Shown here: in pieces, positions 27,078 through 35,911 of the stretch
How positions within the stretch are numbered: position 1 is the first letter of the stretch
Layout: every line of letters begins with the position of its first letter
IMG/VR virus record: IMGVR_UViG_3300012940_001454
Coordinates: 1 to 42,603 of that record
Strand: one strand, 5' to 3'
DNA: 42,603 nucleotides
From: a virus
Taxonomy: Duplodnaviria; Caudoviricetes
Notes under the pieces: model-generated
Databases searched by the model: none
What the model saw: only the letters and a program-made list of their open reading frames with translations
What the model was told of the DNA's origin: nothing
Position numbers and translations under genes: made by a program

Positions 27078-27608
27078 TTATTGATGGTCATCGCTCTGCA
27101 TCGGTGCACCGTCGTATGGGCACCAGTTCCACGTCTCCTCTCCGTACTTCTTACACCGGGTGCATCGTCGGATGGCACCACGGTCTTTGCGGTTCTCTAG
27201 CTCGTCTCTGATCTCACGGGCTAAAGTTCGGAGCCGTCGATCGATCCGACTTTTAAGCGACAGTAGACGTTCGGAGCGTACTTCTGCGCCACCTTTGGCT
27301 ATGGGGGGTTTTCCACGGGGGGCTACACCTCGGGTCTCTACCTCTGACGTCCTAGTTCTGACCCTGGTCACTTTAGGCTTCACAAGGACATTATCCGGAG
27401 CTCCCCTTCCCTCCATCCCGTCCCTTAAAGCCCCGGTAACCAGAGCCCCATAGGCCGACACCCATACTTCAGGCATCATACGCAGCTCATCAGCCAACCA
27501 ACTAAGTCGCACGCGAGCCATTGCAGACCCGGCAGCTACTCCAGCGGCATATCCCTCAGCCCTCGCATCCTCGATCTCCCGGGTTCTTACTTCGTCGTCG
27601 GTCGTCAT
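27078..27608 (-). CDS. Hypothetical protein with C-terminal zinc ribbon
   Basis: RRCTRCKK...WNWCPYDG; start 27608 or 27626. Confidence 0.7.
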   Translation of the reverse strand: MTTDDEVRTREIEDARAEGYAAGVAAGSAMARVRLSWLADELRMMPEVWVSAYGALVTGALRDGMEGRGAPDNVLVKPKVTRVRTRTSEVETRGVAPRGKPPIAKGGAEVRSERLLSLKSRIDRRLRTLAREIRDELENRKDRGAIRRCTRCKKYGEETWNWCPYDGAPMQSDDHQ

Positions 27609-27656
27609 ACCCACTTTTCCCTTCATCCAGTTCCGCTGTCGAAATGTCTACGCGAT

Positions 27657-27716
27657 TTTGTGTAAGTGATATGCACACCCTTCCTGTTTAAGGAAGTGTG
27701 CATACACATACACAAA
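27657..27716. repeat. AT-rich ~60-nt imperfect palindrome
   Basis: TTTGTGTAAGTG-A-TATGCACACCCTTCCT...AGGAAGTGTGCATA-CACATACACAAA. Confidence 0.7.
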
Positions 27717-27734
27717 TAAGCGTGACATTCGCAC

Positions 27735-29846
27735 TTAAGAACGACGCCGACGACCCCGACCTGCTGCGGACATTCGTTCCTTCACCTGCGAGAAGTCAAT
27801 CGTCATTGCTTCTGAATCTTCTACCACTCGATACGCTATCTTACGGCCTCGGGTGCCCGGCTCGACCACACCAGCGATGAATCCGAGAGCCTCTGCCTCA
27901 TCAATCAACTTGCTCTGTGTCTGACGGTGCGAGTACCCTCGGATACGTCTCTCGTGGATCTTGTCGCACAACGCGGTCTTAGAGATCCCAGGATTAGTCG
28001 CCACAATCTCCACGATCTGCTGGACGCCGAAGTCCCTCACGGCTGTATCAGTGCCACTCCCGAGCACCAGGTGCTTGGTGTCGCTATTGTACGTCAAAGA
28101 CGTCTTCGGAAGCTCTACGTCTCGTCCCTCGACCTTCAGGAATCGCACATCTCCGTCCCGCTCAAGGACCCACCGAGCGTCGGCCCAGTCGTCAAAAACT
28201 GTAGCACCACGTGCTCTGTCTCGTGCCTCGCCGCTACGGCCGGTGTGAGCGATCAAGAACATCTCAGAGACCCCAGCCTCGTGCTTGATCTCATCAAGTT
28301 GTCGAAGCAGCGCCAGCACTTGGTCATTATCGTTGGCTTCCACGCCAGCCATGCCGCAGATTCGGGCGAAGCTGTCAATAACCCAGACAGACACCATCTC
28401 TTGCCTTAACCATTGCACGGCCCAGTCCTTACCGACCTGGCTCATCAGCGGGATTGAATACCCACGCCCATGCCAGATGATCAGGTTAGAGGCTTCGTTC
28501 TCATCCATGCCCTGCGGCCTGAGATATCGGTCTTCTAGCACGGCCTGAGTCATCTCGAGGGACCAGAAGCCCACGGTCGAGGCTCCCATACTGGCTACTT
28601 CCATACTGCCGAGGAATGGCGTTTGAGAGGCCAACGATCGGATGAGGTTACAGACGAATAATGTCTTTCCTGATTTGTACTGGCCGGTAATAGAGACATT
28701 GTCCCCAACGCGGGCAACGCCGTGGATCAGGTATTCGATCTCGTCAGGCTCGGCCATCAGTCGCTCAGAGAACAGCACGGTGCTTTGCTCAGGCGGAGGA
28801 GTGAACTCAGCCAGTGCCATTTTCTGTCGTGCACGTGCCTCGGCGAGCTTACGCCAGATGATCTTGTCGGCCTCAAGGTTCAGGCGTTCTTCATCCTCAA
28901 GAGCCTTAAGTCTGTTAAACTCTTCCTCAGGAATGTTGTCTTCTATCGCCGGTGCGGCTACAGGCAGGTCATCCACAGGGTCAAGCACAGGATGCCGCGC
29001 GATGCATCGGTCAATGTCCCTGTGTAGATCATAGCCCTGTTCTTCATCCTGCTTTTCTAGGCCAGGCTCGAAGTTCTCAAGCGCGGTGTGAATCTGATCC
29101 CGAGAGAGGCCCATCTTAATGAGCTTCATCGTCACCTGATACACGGCCCCATGACGAGTACCAAAGCGACCTATCGCTTCATCAGTGGACATCTTACCGA
29201 CGCGACGCGCATAGCTGGGGCAGTTGTCCAGCGACACGCGGTCGTAGGTGCCATCACCTACTTCTCGCTCATGAACCACGCGAGTGTCTCGAATGGCCGG
29301 GAAGGTATCGATCAGCTCTTGAGTCCCCCACACAAGGCTTGTCGCTCGTTTCCACACCACCTCGACAGGGCGGCCCTTACGGTTGAACGTGCCGGGCAAG
29401 CGGAGCAGAGAGTTGTCAGGATGTTTGGCGTCGGCCTCTAGCAGGTCACGGAGCCCTTGATTAAGACGATAGTGTTCCTCGAGCGAGACAGCCTCCTCGA
29501 GCTTCACGTAGACGTGGTAGTTGTTGCCAGTGCCACTGCGCACAAGCGCAGGCCTCAGCGTCTTAAGGGCCTGCATAACCGCGGCCTTATTCTTGACCTT
29601 CTCCCAGTCAATATCCGCCCACAGCCATCGCAGGTTCACGCCGTCACCTTTGACCCGCCGTTTCTCACTCCTGAGGGCGGGACAGATGAAGATGTTGGCC
29701 TCGTTCACTCGCTGCTCAACCCAGCGTATCAGGCGATTTCGACCACGTGGCCAGGCAAACTGATATTCTTCCCACGTGTCGCCTTTGCTAGCTACAGCAA
29801 CGAAGCCTTCTTCGTCACCAAAGAACATGTCGAGGTATTGCTCCAT
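27735..29846 (-). CDS. DNA primase-helicase (RepB-like AEP primase + AAA_25/RepA helicase)
   Basis: WADID, SGTGNNYHVY, LLRLPGTFNRK (primase); GQYKSGKT, VIDS, AHTGR, ARGATVF (helicase); GGGAGG RBS at ATG 29846. Confidence 0.9.
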   Translation of the reverse strand: MEQYLDMFFGDEEGFVAVASKGDTWEEYQFAWPRGRNRLIRWVEQRVNEANIFICPALRSEKRRVKGDGVNLRWLWADIDWEKVKNKAAVMQALKTLRPALVRSGTGNNYHVYVKLEEAVSLEEHYRLNQGLRDLLEADAKHPDNSLLRLPGTFNRKGRPVEVVWKRATSLVWGTQELIDTFPAIRDTRVVHEREVGDGTYDRVSLDNCPSYARRVGKMSTDEAIGRFGTRHGAVYQVTMKLIKMGLSRDQIHTALENFEPGLEKQDEEQGYDLHRDIDRCIARHPVLDPVDDLPVAAPAIEDNIPEEEFNRLKALEDEERLNLEADKIIWRKLAEARARQKMALAEFTPPPEQSTVLFSERLMAEPDEIEYLIHGVARVGDNVSITGQYKSGKTLFVCNLIRSLASQTPFLGSMEVASMGASTVGFWSLEMTQAVLEDRYLRPQGMDENEASNLIIWHGRGYSIPLMSQVGKDWAVQWLRQEMVSVWVIDSFARICGMAGVEANDNDQVLALLRQLDEIKHEAGVSEMFLIAHTGRSGEARDRARGATVFDDWADARWVLERDGDVRFLKVEGRDVELPKTSLTYNSDTKHLVLGSGTDTAVRDFGVQQIVEIVATNPGISKTALCDKIHERRIRGYSHRQTQSKLIDEAEALGFIAGVVEPGTRGRKIAYRVVEDSEAMTIDFSQVKERMSAAGRGRRRRS

Positions 29847-29979
29847 TCTCCGCCTCCCTATTTCATGTTGTAAATGTCGGCTCTCCAAGAGTTTAACACA
29901 CGAATGACTCACAAGATCAATTTGCCATGAGTCCTGTGTGTGATACGGTGATGCGTCAGGGTTAACAAGAGGAGGTCCC
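29847..29979. promoter_or_regulatory. Divergent promoter region between the two genome arms
   Basis: AT-rich strand switch; TTGCCA-16-TACGGT rightward; TGnTAAACT extended -10 leftward; GACTCA...TGAGTC inverted repeat. Confidence 0.55.
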
Positions 29980-30438
29980 ATGCGTCATTTGCCACCCACC
30001 ATTCACGATCTATTGGCCATCCCACGGTTCGCGGCCATGATGGACCGCACCCCGCGGATGCCAGAGAACTTGAACTGGGGCACCCCGTGGCGACTGTGGG
30101 TACTCCGTGACGACGGCACATGGGGCATGAAAGAGTACGAGGAGTATCAGCGGGTGTGGGCGGTGGCACAAAAGGCTATCGCAGATACCTCGCGATACCA
30201 GGACGTGTGCATCGTGAGTAAGAGGCGACTGATACGACCGTCAGACAGCCTCAGAGACGCTGTAAGACGCGCAGGATATAACGGCGTGTGGTGCCCACGG
30301 TGTCGTCGCCCGTCATACTTCGGCAGTTTCACTGCCCGGCACCACGCCCTCAAGCTGCAGCCCACTCTCACACAGGACGAGCCATACCGCTGTTACTACT
30401 GCGGCATAAGGAAGGCTATGGTAAGAGGGTATGCTTGA
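29980..30438 (+). CDS. Zn-binding hypothetical protein
   Basis: GAGGAGG RBS; WCPRCRRP...RCYYC. Confidence 0.8.
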   Translation: MRHLPPTIHDLLAIPRFAAMMDRTPRMPENLNWGTPWRLWVLRDDGTWGMKEYEEYQRVWAVAQKAIADTSRYQDVCIVSKRRLIRPSDSLRDAVRRAGYNGVWCPRCRRPSYFGSFTARHHALKLQPTLTQDEPYRCYYCGIRKAMVRGYA

Positions 30439-30634
30439 CGAGATCTGGCGCTATACGTACATGGGGGAGCGCACACACTTCTTGGTCGCTTCATACGACA
30501 GAGTGGCTAGGTGTGGTGTAAGCGTGATCAATTCCAGCGAGTGGTTTGGCACGGGGTCACAAGAGGAGTACGATAAAGCAGCGTCGTTGCCGAAGTGTAA
30601 GAACTGCTTGAGACTACTAGGGAGAAAGCCGTGA
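30431..30634 (+). CDS. Small Zn-binding protein
   Basis: H...ARCG...PKCKNC; overlaps upstream gene. Confidence 0.7.
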   Translation: MLDEIWRYTYMGERTHFLVASYDRVARCGVSVINSSEWFGTGSQEEYDKAASLPKCKNCLRLLGRKP

Positions 30635-30787
30635 TTGTCCACAAGCGACCCACACACCCTCGCTACACGATGGCCATGGGGGAGGCTTCACGCTGCTCCA
30701 TGAACTAGTCAGGCTGAAGATAGAGGAGATCAGGTCGGTGACTCAGGACCCGGTGATCACTCATTGGTGGTAGAGGGGTAAACTGTA

Positions 30788-32350
30788 ATGCGCTACAAGT
30801 TCAAGACGAAGCCCTACCATCACCAGAGGGAAGGTATTAGATTTGTCTTCCGTCAATGGGGTCAAGGTCTGGGTGCTGCGCTTCTCTTTGAGCCCCGAAC
30901 AGGAAAGACTAAGACAGCGATTGACTGCTTGTCTATCCTGTACCACAAGGCGGGAGTGCGTAAGATTCTCGTCATTGCGCCCAACCGCGTGCTTGGGACG
31001 TGGGTTGAGGAGTTCCATACTCACTGTCCGCTTATGGTACAGACGATCATCTGGGATAAAGACGCGCGCAAGCGGCCGCTCCCAAAGACGATGGGTCCAT
31101 ACGACCTTCAGGTCGTCATTACCAACTTCGAGGCCTTTAGTACTCCTGGGCGTAAGACTAGATCAGGTCGTCGCTCCAAGGCTTCCGGGCGTTTCAAGCA
31201 CAGAAGCCTTATCCGCGATTGGCTGGGCAATGACTATGCTGCAGCAGTCATTGACGAGGGGCATAAGATAAAGAGCCCATCAGGTTCGGCCGCTAACATG
31301 ATCGTGTCCATGCGCGACGACTTCGAGTTCCGTCTCTTGCTCACGGGCACGCCGATTACGAAGGCCCATCGCGCGCATGACATCTATATGCTCTGGCAAT
31401 GGGTCAACCCTCGGCGATTCGCCAAGTGGGGTGCCACGGTCGAGGCGTTCAAGAATCACGTCGGCGTGTGGACGCAGAAGCACGGGTTCCCTCAGTGGTT
31501 GCGCGCTCGAGACCAGGGCATGAGGGACCTGCAGAAAGGTATTCACGCCGATGGCATGGTGGTCAGGCGAGAGGACTGCTTTGACCTGCCCCCGCGCTCA
31601 GAGCGAATCATCCCTGTGATGCTCACACCAACAACGGCGGCGCACTACCAAGAGATGGCAGGGGAGATGGTGACGCTCCTTCAGTCGGGCAAGGTGGCGG
31701 AGGCGTCCATTCCCTTGGTAGTCACGCTGCGCTTATTGCAAATGACATCCGGTTTCGTTGGCGTGCAAGAGGAGCGGGTGATCAACGGCAAGAAGAAGTT
31801 GGTGTCTATTCCTCAGGTGATCAGCCATGAGAAGCTGGACGCGCTGAAGGAGATCCTGGAGGAAGAGGTCCTCGAGCGTGAGGAAAAGGTGGTGATCGCA
31901 GCCAGGTTCAAGTACGATCTGACGTCGATAGAGGCCCTGTGTCGGAAGCTCAAGATTCCCGTGTGGGCTATTCGGGGCGGGATCTCGAGGAGCGACACGG
32001 ACAGGGCCATCCGTGCCTTTCGGACACACACTGACGGACCTGGTGCCATTGTCATGCAGCCCTCCGCGGGCTCGTTGGGCATTGACCTGTCCACAGCTAA
32101 CCACATGATCTGGTACAGCCTCACACACTCGTGGGTGGACTGGACACAGGCCTGTGATCGTATCGCCCTCAGCAAGAATCCCACTACGTTCACGTATCTA
32201 CAGGTGCCTGGCAGTGTGGATAGTTTGGTCTACAACGCGCTCATGAACGATACTGACGTTTCGCGCATGATCCTCAGTAACCCAGGTTCAATCCTGCTTG
32301 GAGGCAAGAATGAGACACCTAATCGTCGAGGGTCCCGACGGCGGGGGTAA
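30788..32350 (+). CDS. SNF2-family DNA helicase
   Basis: PYHHQ; EPRTGKT; IDEGH; LTGTP; GIDLS; QACDRI. Confidence 0.92.
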   Translation: MRYKFKTKPYHHQREGIRFVFRQWGQGLGAALLFEPRTGKTKTAIDCLSILYHKAGVRKILVIAPNRVLGTWVEEFHTHCPLMVQTIIWDKDARKRPLPKTMGPYDLQVVITNFEAFSTPGRKTRSGRRSKASGRFKHRSLIRDWLGNDYAAAVIDEGHKIKSPSGSAANMIVSMRDDFEFRLLLTGTPITKAHRAHDIYMLWQWVNPRRFAKWGATVEAFKNHVGVWTQKHGFPQWLRARDQGMRDLQKGIHADGMVVRREDCFDLPPRSERIIPVMLTPTTAAHYQEMAGEMVTLLQSGKVAEASIPLVVTLRLLQMTSGFVGVQEERVINGKKKLVSIPQVISHEKLDALKEILEEEVLEREEKVVIAARFKYDLTSIEALCRKLKIPVWAIRGGISRSDTDRAIRAFRTHTDGPGAIVMQPSAGSLGIDLSTANHMIWYSLTHSWVDWTQACDRIALSKNPTTFTYLQVPGSVDSLVYNALMNDTDVSRMILSNPGSILLGGKNETPNRRGSRRRG

Positions 32351-32906
32351 GACCCGCTTGATCGAGGCCCTCATGGCGAGGTACCCCCTGACCCAGCACG
32401 AAAAGGCCTCTACAAGCCTCCGTGGGCCTATCAGGAACCTCGCTGCATGGGTTACTGACGACATCGCCAAGATGGACCACTTCGAGGCCGTGAACGTCTA
32501 CGACCGTCACCCTGTCATCAGCGAACCCATCTATGGTCGCATCGTTCGACACAACCCCCAGCCCGGCTTCACGACCACACGCTTCGGGATGCCCGACAAC
32601 AGCCCGTGGTTGTCCACACAGCGGCTCGCGCTGTATCAGCGGACGATGGTCATCTGGTGCATTCCGACCCTCGAGCAGTGCCGCTCAGCAGTCGACCCGT
32701 CGCGTGACATGCCCGGCGTCGTCGAGAACATCGAGGAGATCTACGACTGGTACCGCAACGCGATGGCCTCGTGGGGTGGACCATCGATTCGCTACAACCT
32801 CAACATCTACCCCCGCGAGGTTCAGGAAGACGGACTGTTCGCCGGCGCCGTCAAGTTCCTGGACCTCAATGACTACCGAATCCAGGAGTGCCTCAGTGGC
32901 TCGTGA
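32310..32906 (+). CDS. dNMP (thymidylate-like) kinase
   Basis: IVEGPDGGGKT P-loop; YDRHPVISEPIYG; GGAGG RBS before ATG 32310. Confidence 0.85.
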   Translation: MRHLIVEGPDGGGKTRLIEALMARYPLTQHEKASTSLRGPIRNLAAWVTDDIAKMDHFEAVNVYDRHPVISEPIYGRIVRHNPQPGFTTTRFGMPDNSPWLSTQRLALYQRTMVIWCIPTLEQCRSAVDPSRDMPGVVENIEEIYDWYRNAMASWGGPSIRYNLNIYPREVQEDGLFAGAVKFLDLNDYRIQECLSGS

Positions 32907-33357
32907 CAAGCTGAACCAGATCCTCGACATGCAGCGGAACTATCAGCTGCGTCTTGGCCACGACTTCGAGAAGATGACGCTACGCCGGCGTATCGCCTAC
33001 ATCCTTGAGATGAGCTACGCGCTCAACGACGAAGTCCACGAGTCGACCAAGGAAGTCGGCTGGAAATCGTGGGCGAAGTCCAAGCACATCAACGAAGAGG
33101 CGTACCGATCGGAGCTGATCGATTGCTTCTTCTTCCTGCTGAACCTCATGCTGGCCGCGAACATGACGCCGATGGACATTTTCCGCGGGTACAAGGCCAA
33201 GCTGGCCAAGAACCTACAGCGCATCAAGGACCGGTACGACGGCGTATCGACCAAGTGCAAGGTCTGCAAGCGCGACTACAACGACGCCGGCGTGGAGTGT
33301 TCTCCGGCAAGGGGTCACGTCAGTTCCACACCAAGGAAGGCCTCTCGTGCTGCATAG
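32896..33357 (+). CDS. All-alpha dNTP pyrophosphatase (dimeric dUTPase/dCTPase, MazG-like fold)
   Basis: DEVHE, WKSW, ELIDCFFF, Y..K...N..R motifs; GTG 32896 with CAGGAG RBS. Confidence 0.85.
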   Translation: MARDKLNQILDMQRNYQLRLGHDFEKMTLRRRIAYILEMSYALNDEVHESTKEVGWKSWAKSKHINEEAYRSELIDCFFFLLNLMLAANMTPMDIFRGYKAKLAKNLQRIKDRYDGVSTKCKVCKRDYNDAGVECSPARGHVSSTPRKASRAA

Positions 33358-34324
33358 CTTCGTGTTCCCCGACGCCATCACCATGCACAACAAGCTGTGC
33401 AGGCGGATGATGTTCGGTCGGCTCGGCGAGCACTTCGACTGGGTCGGCTCGCCGGAAGTGGGCATGTCCAATGTCCAGATCGGCCTCCAGTCGTTTGACT
33501 ACGATTTCAACTTCGCGGAGTTATTCCAGCCGGCCACGCGCTGGCGTAAGATGGTGCGTGAGTACGTCAATCCCGATCAGCTAGACTGGGCATTGGGCAT
33601 GGTCGATGCGCACCTCGGCAAGAAGAAGACCCGCGGCATCGCCACGGTTCGCATGAACCAAGTCGAGGAGTGGGACCCGGACGATGACGACTACGACCAG
33701 GCGGGCTCAGAGCTGAGCACCAACCTCGTCGAGTCGCGCAAGACGGGCTCGCGCACCGCGCGCCGGTGGGGGTCTTGTATGCTGAACATGACCTACCGGA
33801 TCTCGCCAAGGCCGACGGTTACGCTCAACAGCCGAACCACCTACTTCGGCATGCTGGCCATGATGGACGTAACCGTCGCTCATGTCTTCGGCCGCATGTG
33901 CAACGCGATCACGGGCTTCAGCATGGAAGAAACCCAGTTCGTGTGGAACATCAACCTCGCTCAGTGGCATGGCTTCAGGTCCCTGGCATGGGCCCTCACA
34001 AACGAGTACGCACGGGCGAAACTCGAAGCGCATTATCAACAGCGCGACGATCACAAGGACCGCCCGGGCTTCTATCGTTCGTTGACCGGGTATCGTCGCT
34101 TGGCCCGCCTGGATGACGAAGGAGTACTCTACGGAGATGAGAAGTTCGCGTCGGCGCTACGGATGCGCAAGAGGTTTCACACGGAAATCTACGGGCCCGA
34201 GTACGCGGCGCAGTTCGCGGGAGGAACACTACACCCCTACTGGGGCCGCCCGTTCGACCCGCTTCCGGAACTCTGGTCCAGCACCCTCGACTTCTCGCCG
34301 ATCGGGAGACCCCTCAATGGCTAA
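33347..34324 (+). CDS. Highly diverged thymidylate synthase (ThyA)-fold protein
   Basis: GSC-x18-RTTYFGMLAMMD...FVWNINLAQWH aligns with ThyA PC-x19-RSCD...N177...FVWTGGDTHLY. Confidence 0.65.
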   Translation: MLHSFVFPDAITMHNKLCRRMMFGRLGEHFDWVGSPEVGMSNVQIGLQSFDYDFNFAELFQPATRWRKMVREYVNPDQLDWALGMVDAHLGKKKTRGIATVRMNQVEEWDPDDDDYDQAGSELSTNLVESRKTGSRTARRWGSCMLNMTYRISPRPTVTLNSRTTYFGMLAMMDVTVAHVFGRMCNAITGFSMEETQFVWNINLAQWHGFRSLAWALTNEYARAKLEAHYQQRDDHKDRPGFYRSLTGYRRLARLDDEGVLYGDEKFASALRMRKRFHTEIYGPEYAAQFAGGTLHPYWGRPFDPLPELWSSTLDFSPIGRPLNG

Positions 34325-34529
34325 GACTGAGCAACACGCTCGACTCATGAAGAACTATCAGGAGTGGCGGGTCGAGCACGCCACCGGCCTTGATAGTGTC
34401 CACGATGCGCTAGAGGCTGGCGACTATGTCAAAGCCTGCCGCATCATGGATGCAGTCGTCCAGCACGCCGCACAGGTCGCCGTCGCCATGCGCGGCATCA
34501 TGGTCAAGGAGGGTACCGATGAAGACTGA
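34317..34529 (+). CDS. 70-aa helical hypothetical protein between the two ThyA-fold genes
   Basis: MAKTEQHARL...; overlaps both neighbours; GGGAG RBS. Confidence 0.65.
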   Translation: MAKTEQHARLMKNYQEWRVEHATGLDSVHDALEAGDYVKACRIMDAVVQHAAQVAVAMRGIMVKEGTDED

Positions 34530-35280
34530 GTTCCATCGATACCGAGCAGGTCTGGTACAGCTACTGTTGGACACAGATCCTATACACACCGGCAGCTGGC
34601 AGCGAATCGACACATCCACATCTCCCGCTCACGCAACATACGAGCTGATGGATGTAGTGGTGAGGCTGAAGGTTCCTCCCTCTGTGGGGCAGCTTCAGGA
34701 ACAGCTTCAGCCTGACCTGCCGTGGGCTGAGCGTCACTTCCTCGAGCGCATCGGTGGGGTACCCCTGAACCCGCCGCCGTCGCACGAGATCTGGCCTCAC
34801 GGGAAGTTCAACGACCGACACCTCGACCAAGGCCAGTTCTCTCACACCTATCCCGAGCGATACTGGCCTCGGGAAGCCGGAGCTATCCCAACCGGAATCC
34901 GTTTCCGTTACGGCGATCTACAAGACCTACTGAACCTGTTGATGCGAGAAAGGCTTACGCGGCAAGCATACCTGCCAGTGTGGTTCCCAGAGGACACGGG
35001 AGTCCATCACGGGAAACGTGTGCCGTGTACGATCGGTTACCACTTCATGGTACGCGACGACGAGCTGAGCTGCCGCTACTACATGCGATCCTGTGACATC
35101 TACCGACACTTCACCAACGATGTCTACATGACAGCGCGCCTGATGCAGTACGTGGCCAGCTGCCTCAACGAGGATATAACCAAGACGCCCGTTCGTGTTG
35201 GTGAGCTGATTATGTATATCTCTAGCCTACACGCCTTCGTCGGCGACAAGTCAAAGCTGGAGGCGATGATTAATGGCTGA
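34519..35280 (+). CDS. ThyA-fold enzyme, predicted dCMP-modifying (dCMP hydroxymethylase-like)
   Basis: TRQAYL, VPCTIGYHF, MRSCDIYRHFTND, ISSLHAF; Asp 11 residues after the RS Arg; AAGGAGG RBS. Confidence 0.88.
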   Translation: MKTEFHRYRAGLVQLLLDTDPIHTGSWQRIDTSTSPAHATYELMDVVVRLKVPPSVGQLQEQLQPDLPWAERHFLERIGGVPLNPPPSHEIWPHGKFNDRHLDQGQFSHTYPERYWPREAGAIPTGIRFRYGDLQDLLNLLMRERLTRQAYLPVWFPEDTGVHHGKRVPCTIGYHFMVRDDELSCRYYMRSCDIYRHFTNDVYMTARLMQYVASCLNEDITKTPVRVGELIMYISSLHAFVGDKSKLEAMING

Positions 35281-35752
35281 CGACCGAATCACACGAGACC
35301 AGATGCTAATGGGCATGGCTCAGGTCGTCGCTCGTCGATCAACCTGCGAACGGTCTAAGGTAGGTGTGATCGTAGCCGTTCAATCTCGGCCCCTTGTGTC
35401 AGGCTACAACGGTGCTCCTGCTGGCATGCCCCACTGTGACCACACCTGCAACTGTGGGGCAACAGACAAGTACGGTGACACGGTCAGTGATCATGACGAC
35501 ACCTGTGCCGCCGAGATGCCTTGCACTGTCGCCGTACACGCGGAAGCTAACGCGATCGCTTACGCGGCAAGGCATGGCATCATACTCGCAGAGTCTATCC
35601 TCTACTCAACCCTCGAGCCCTGCTACGAATGTGCCAAGCTCATCATCAACGCCGGAATAGTTCGTGTGGTTTATTCCATGGCGTATCGTAGCCATTTGGG
35701 ATTGATGTTGCTACGAGAGGCCGGGGTGGAGACGTGCTATCAGGGGGCATGA
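35273..35752 (+). CDS. dCMP deaminase
   Basis: RSTC, GYNG, HAEANA, PCYEC. Confidence 0.93.
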   Translation: MADDRITRDQMLMGMAQVVARRSTCERSKVGVIVAVQSRPLVSGYNGAPAGMPHCDHTCNCGATDKYGDTVSDHDDTCAAEMPCTVAVHAEANAIAYAARHGIILAESILYSTLEPCYECAKLIINAGIVRVVYSMAYRSHLGLMLLREAGVETCYQGA

Positions 35753-35911
35753 AGCGAACTTGCCGAAGATGCAAGGTCCACTGGCGAGCTTAGGGGAATG
35801 CTGTGCAACAACCGCAACAGCGGCTTAGGTTTCTTTGCTGATGATCCTGAGCTACTCGAGAGGGCAGCCCGGTATATCCGAACTAACCTCGTGAGGAGTG
35901 CTGATGAATAA
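35749..35911 (+). pseudogene. Internally deleted, frameshifted endonuclease VII relic
   Basis: MKRTCRRCK start, then in another frame STGELRGMLCNNRNSGLGFFADDPELLERAARYI (second Cys of CxxC changed to Arg). Confidence 0.75.

Noticed and set aside
33347-35280. Interpretation as a hydroxymethyluracil/thymine hypermodification pathway
   Set aside because: Both ThyA-fold proteins have Asp rather than Asn at the specificity position, ThyX is present, and no 5hmU DNA kinase was recognised; not fully excluded without assays
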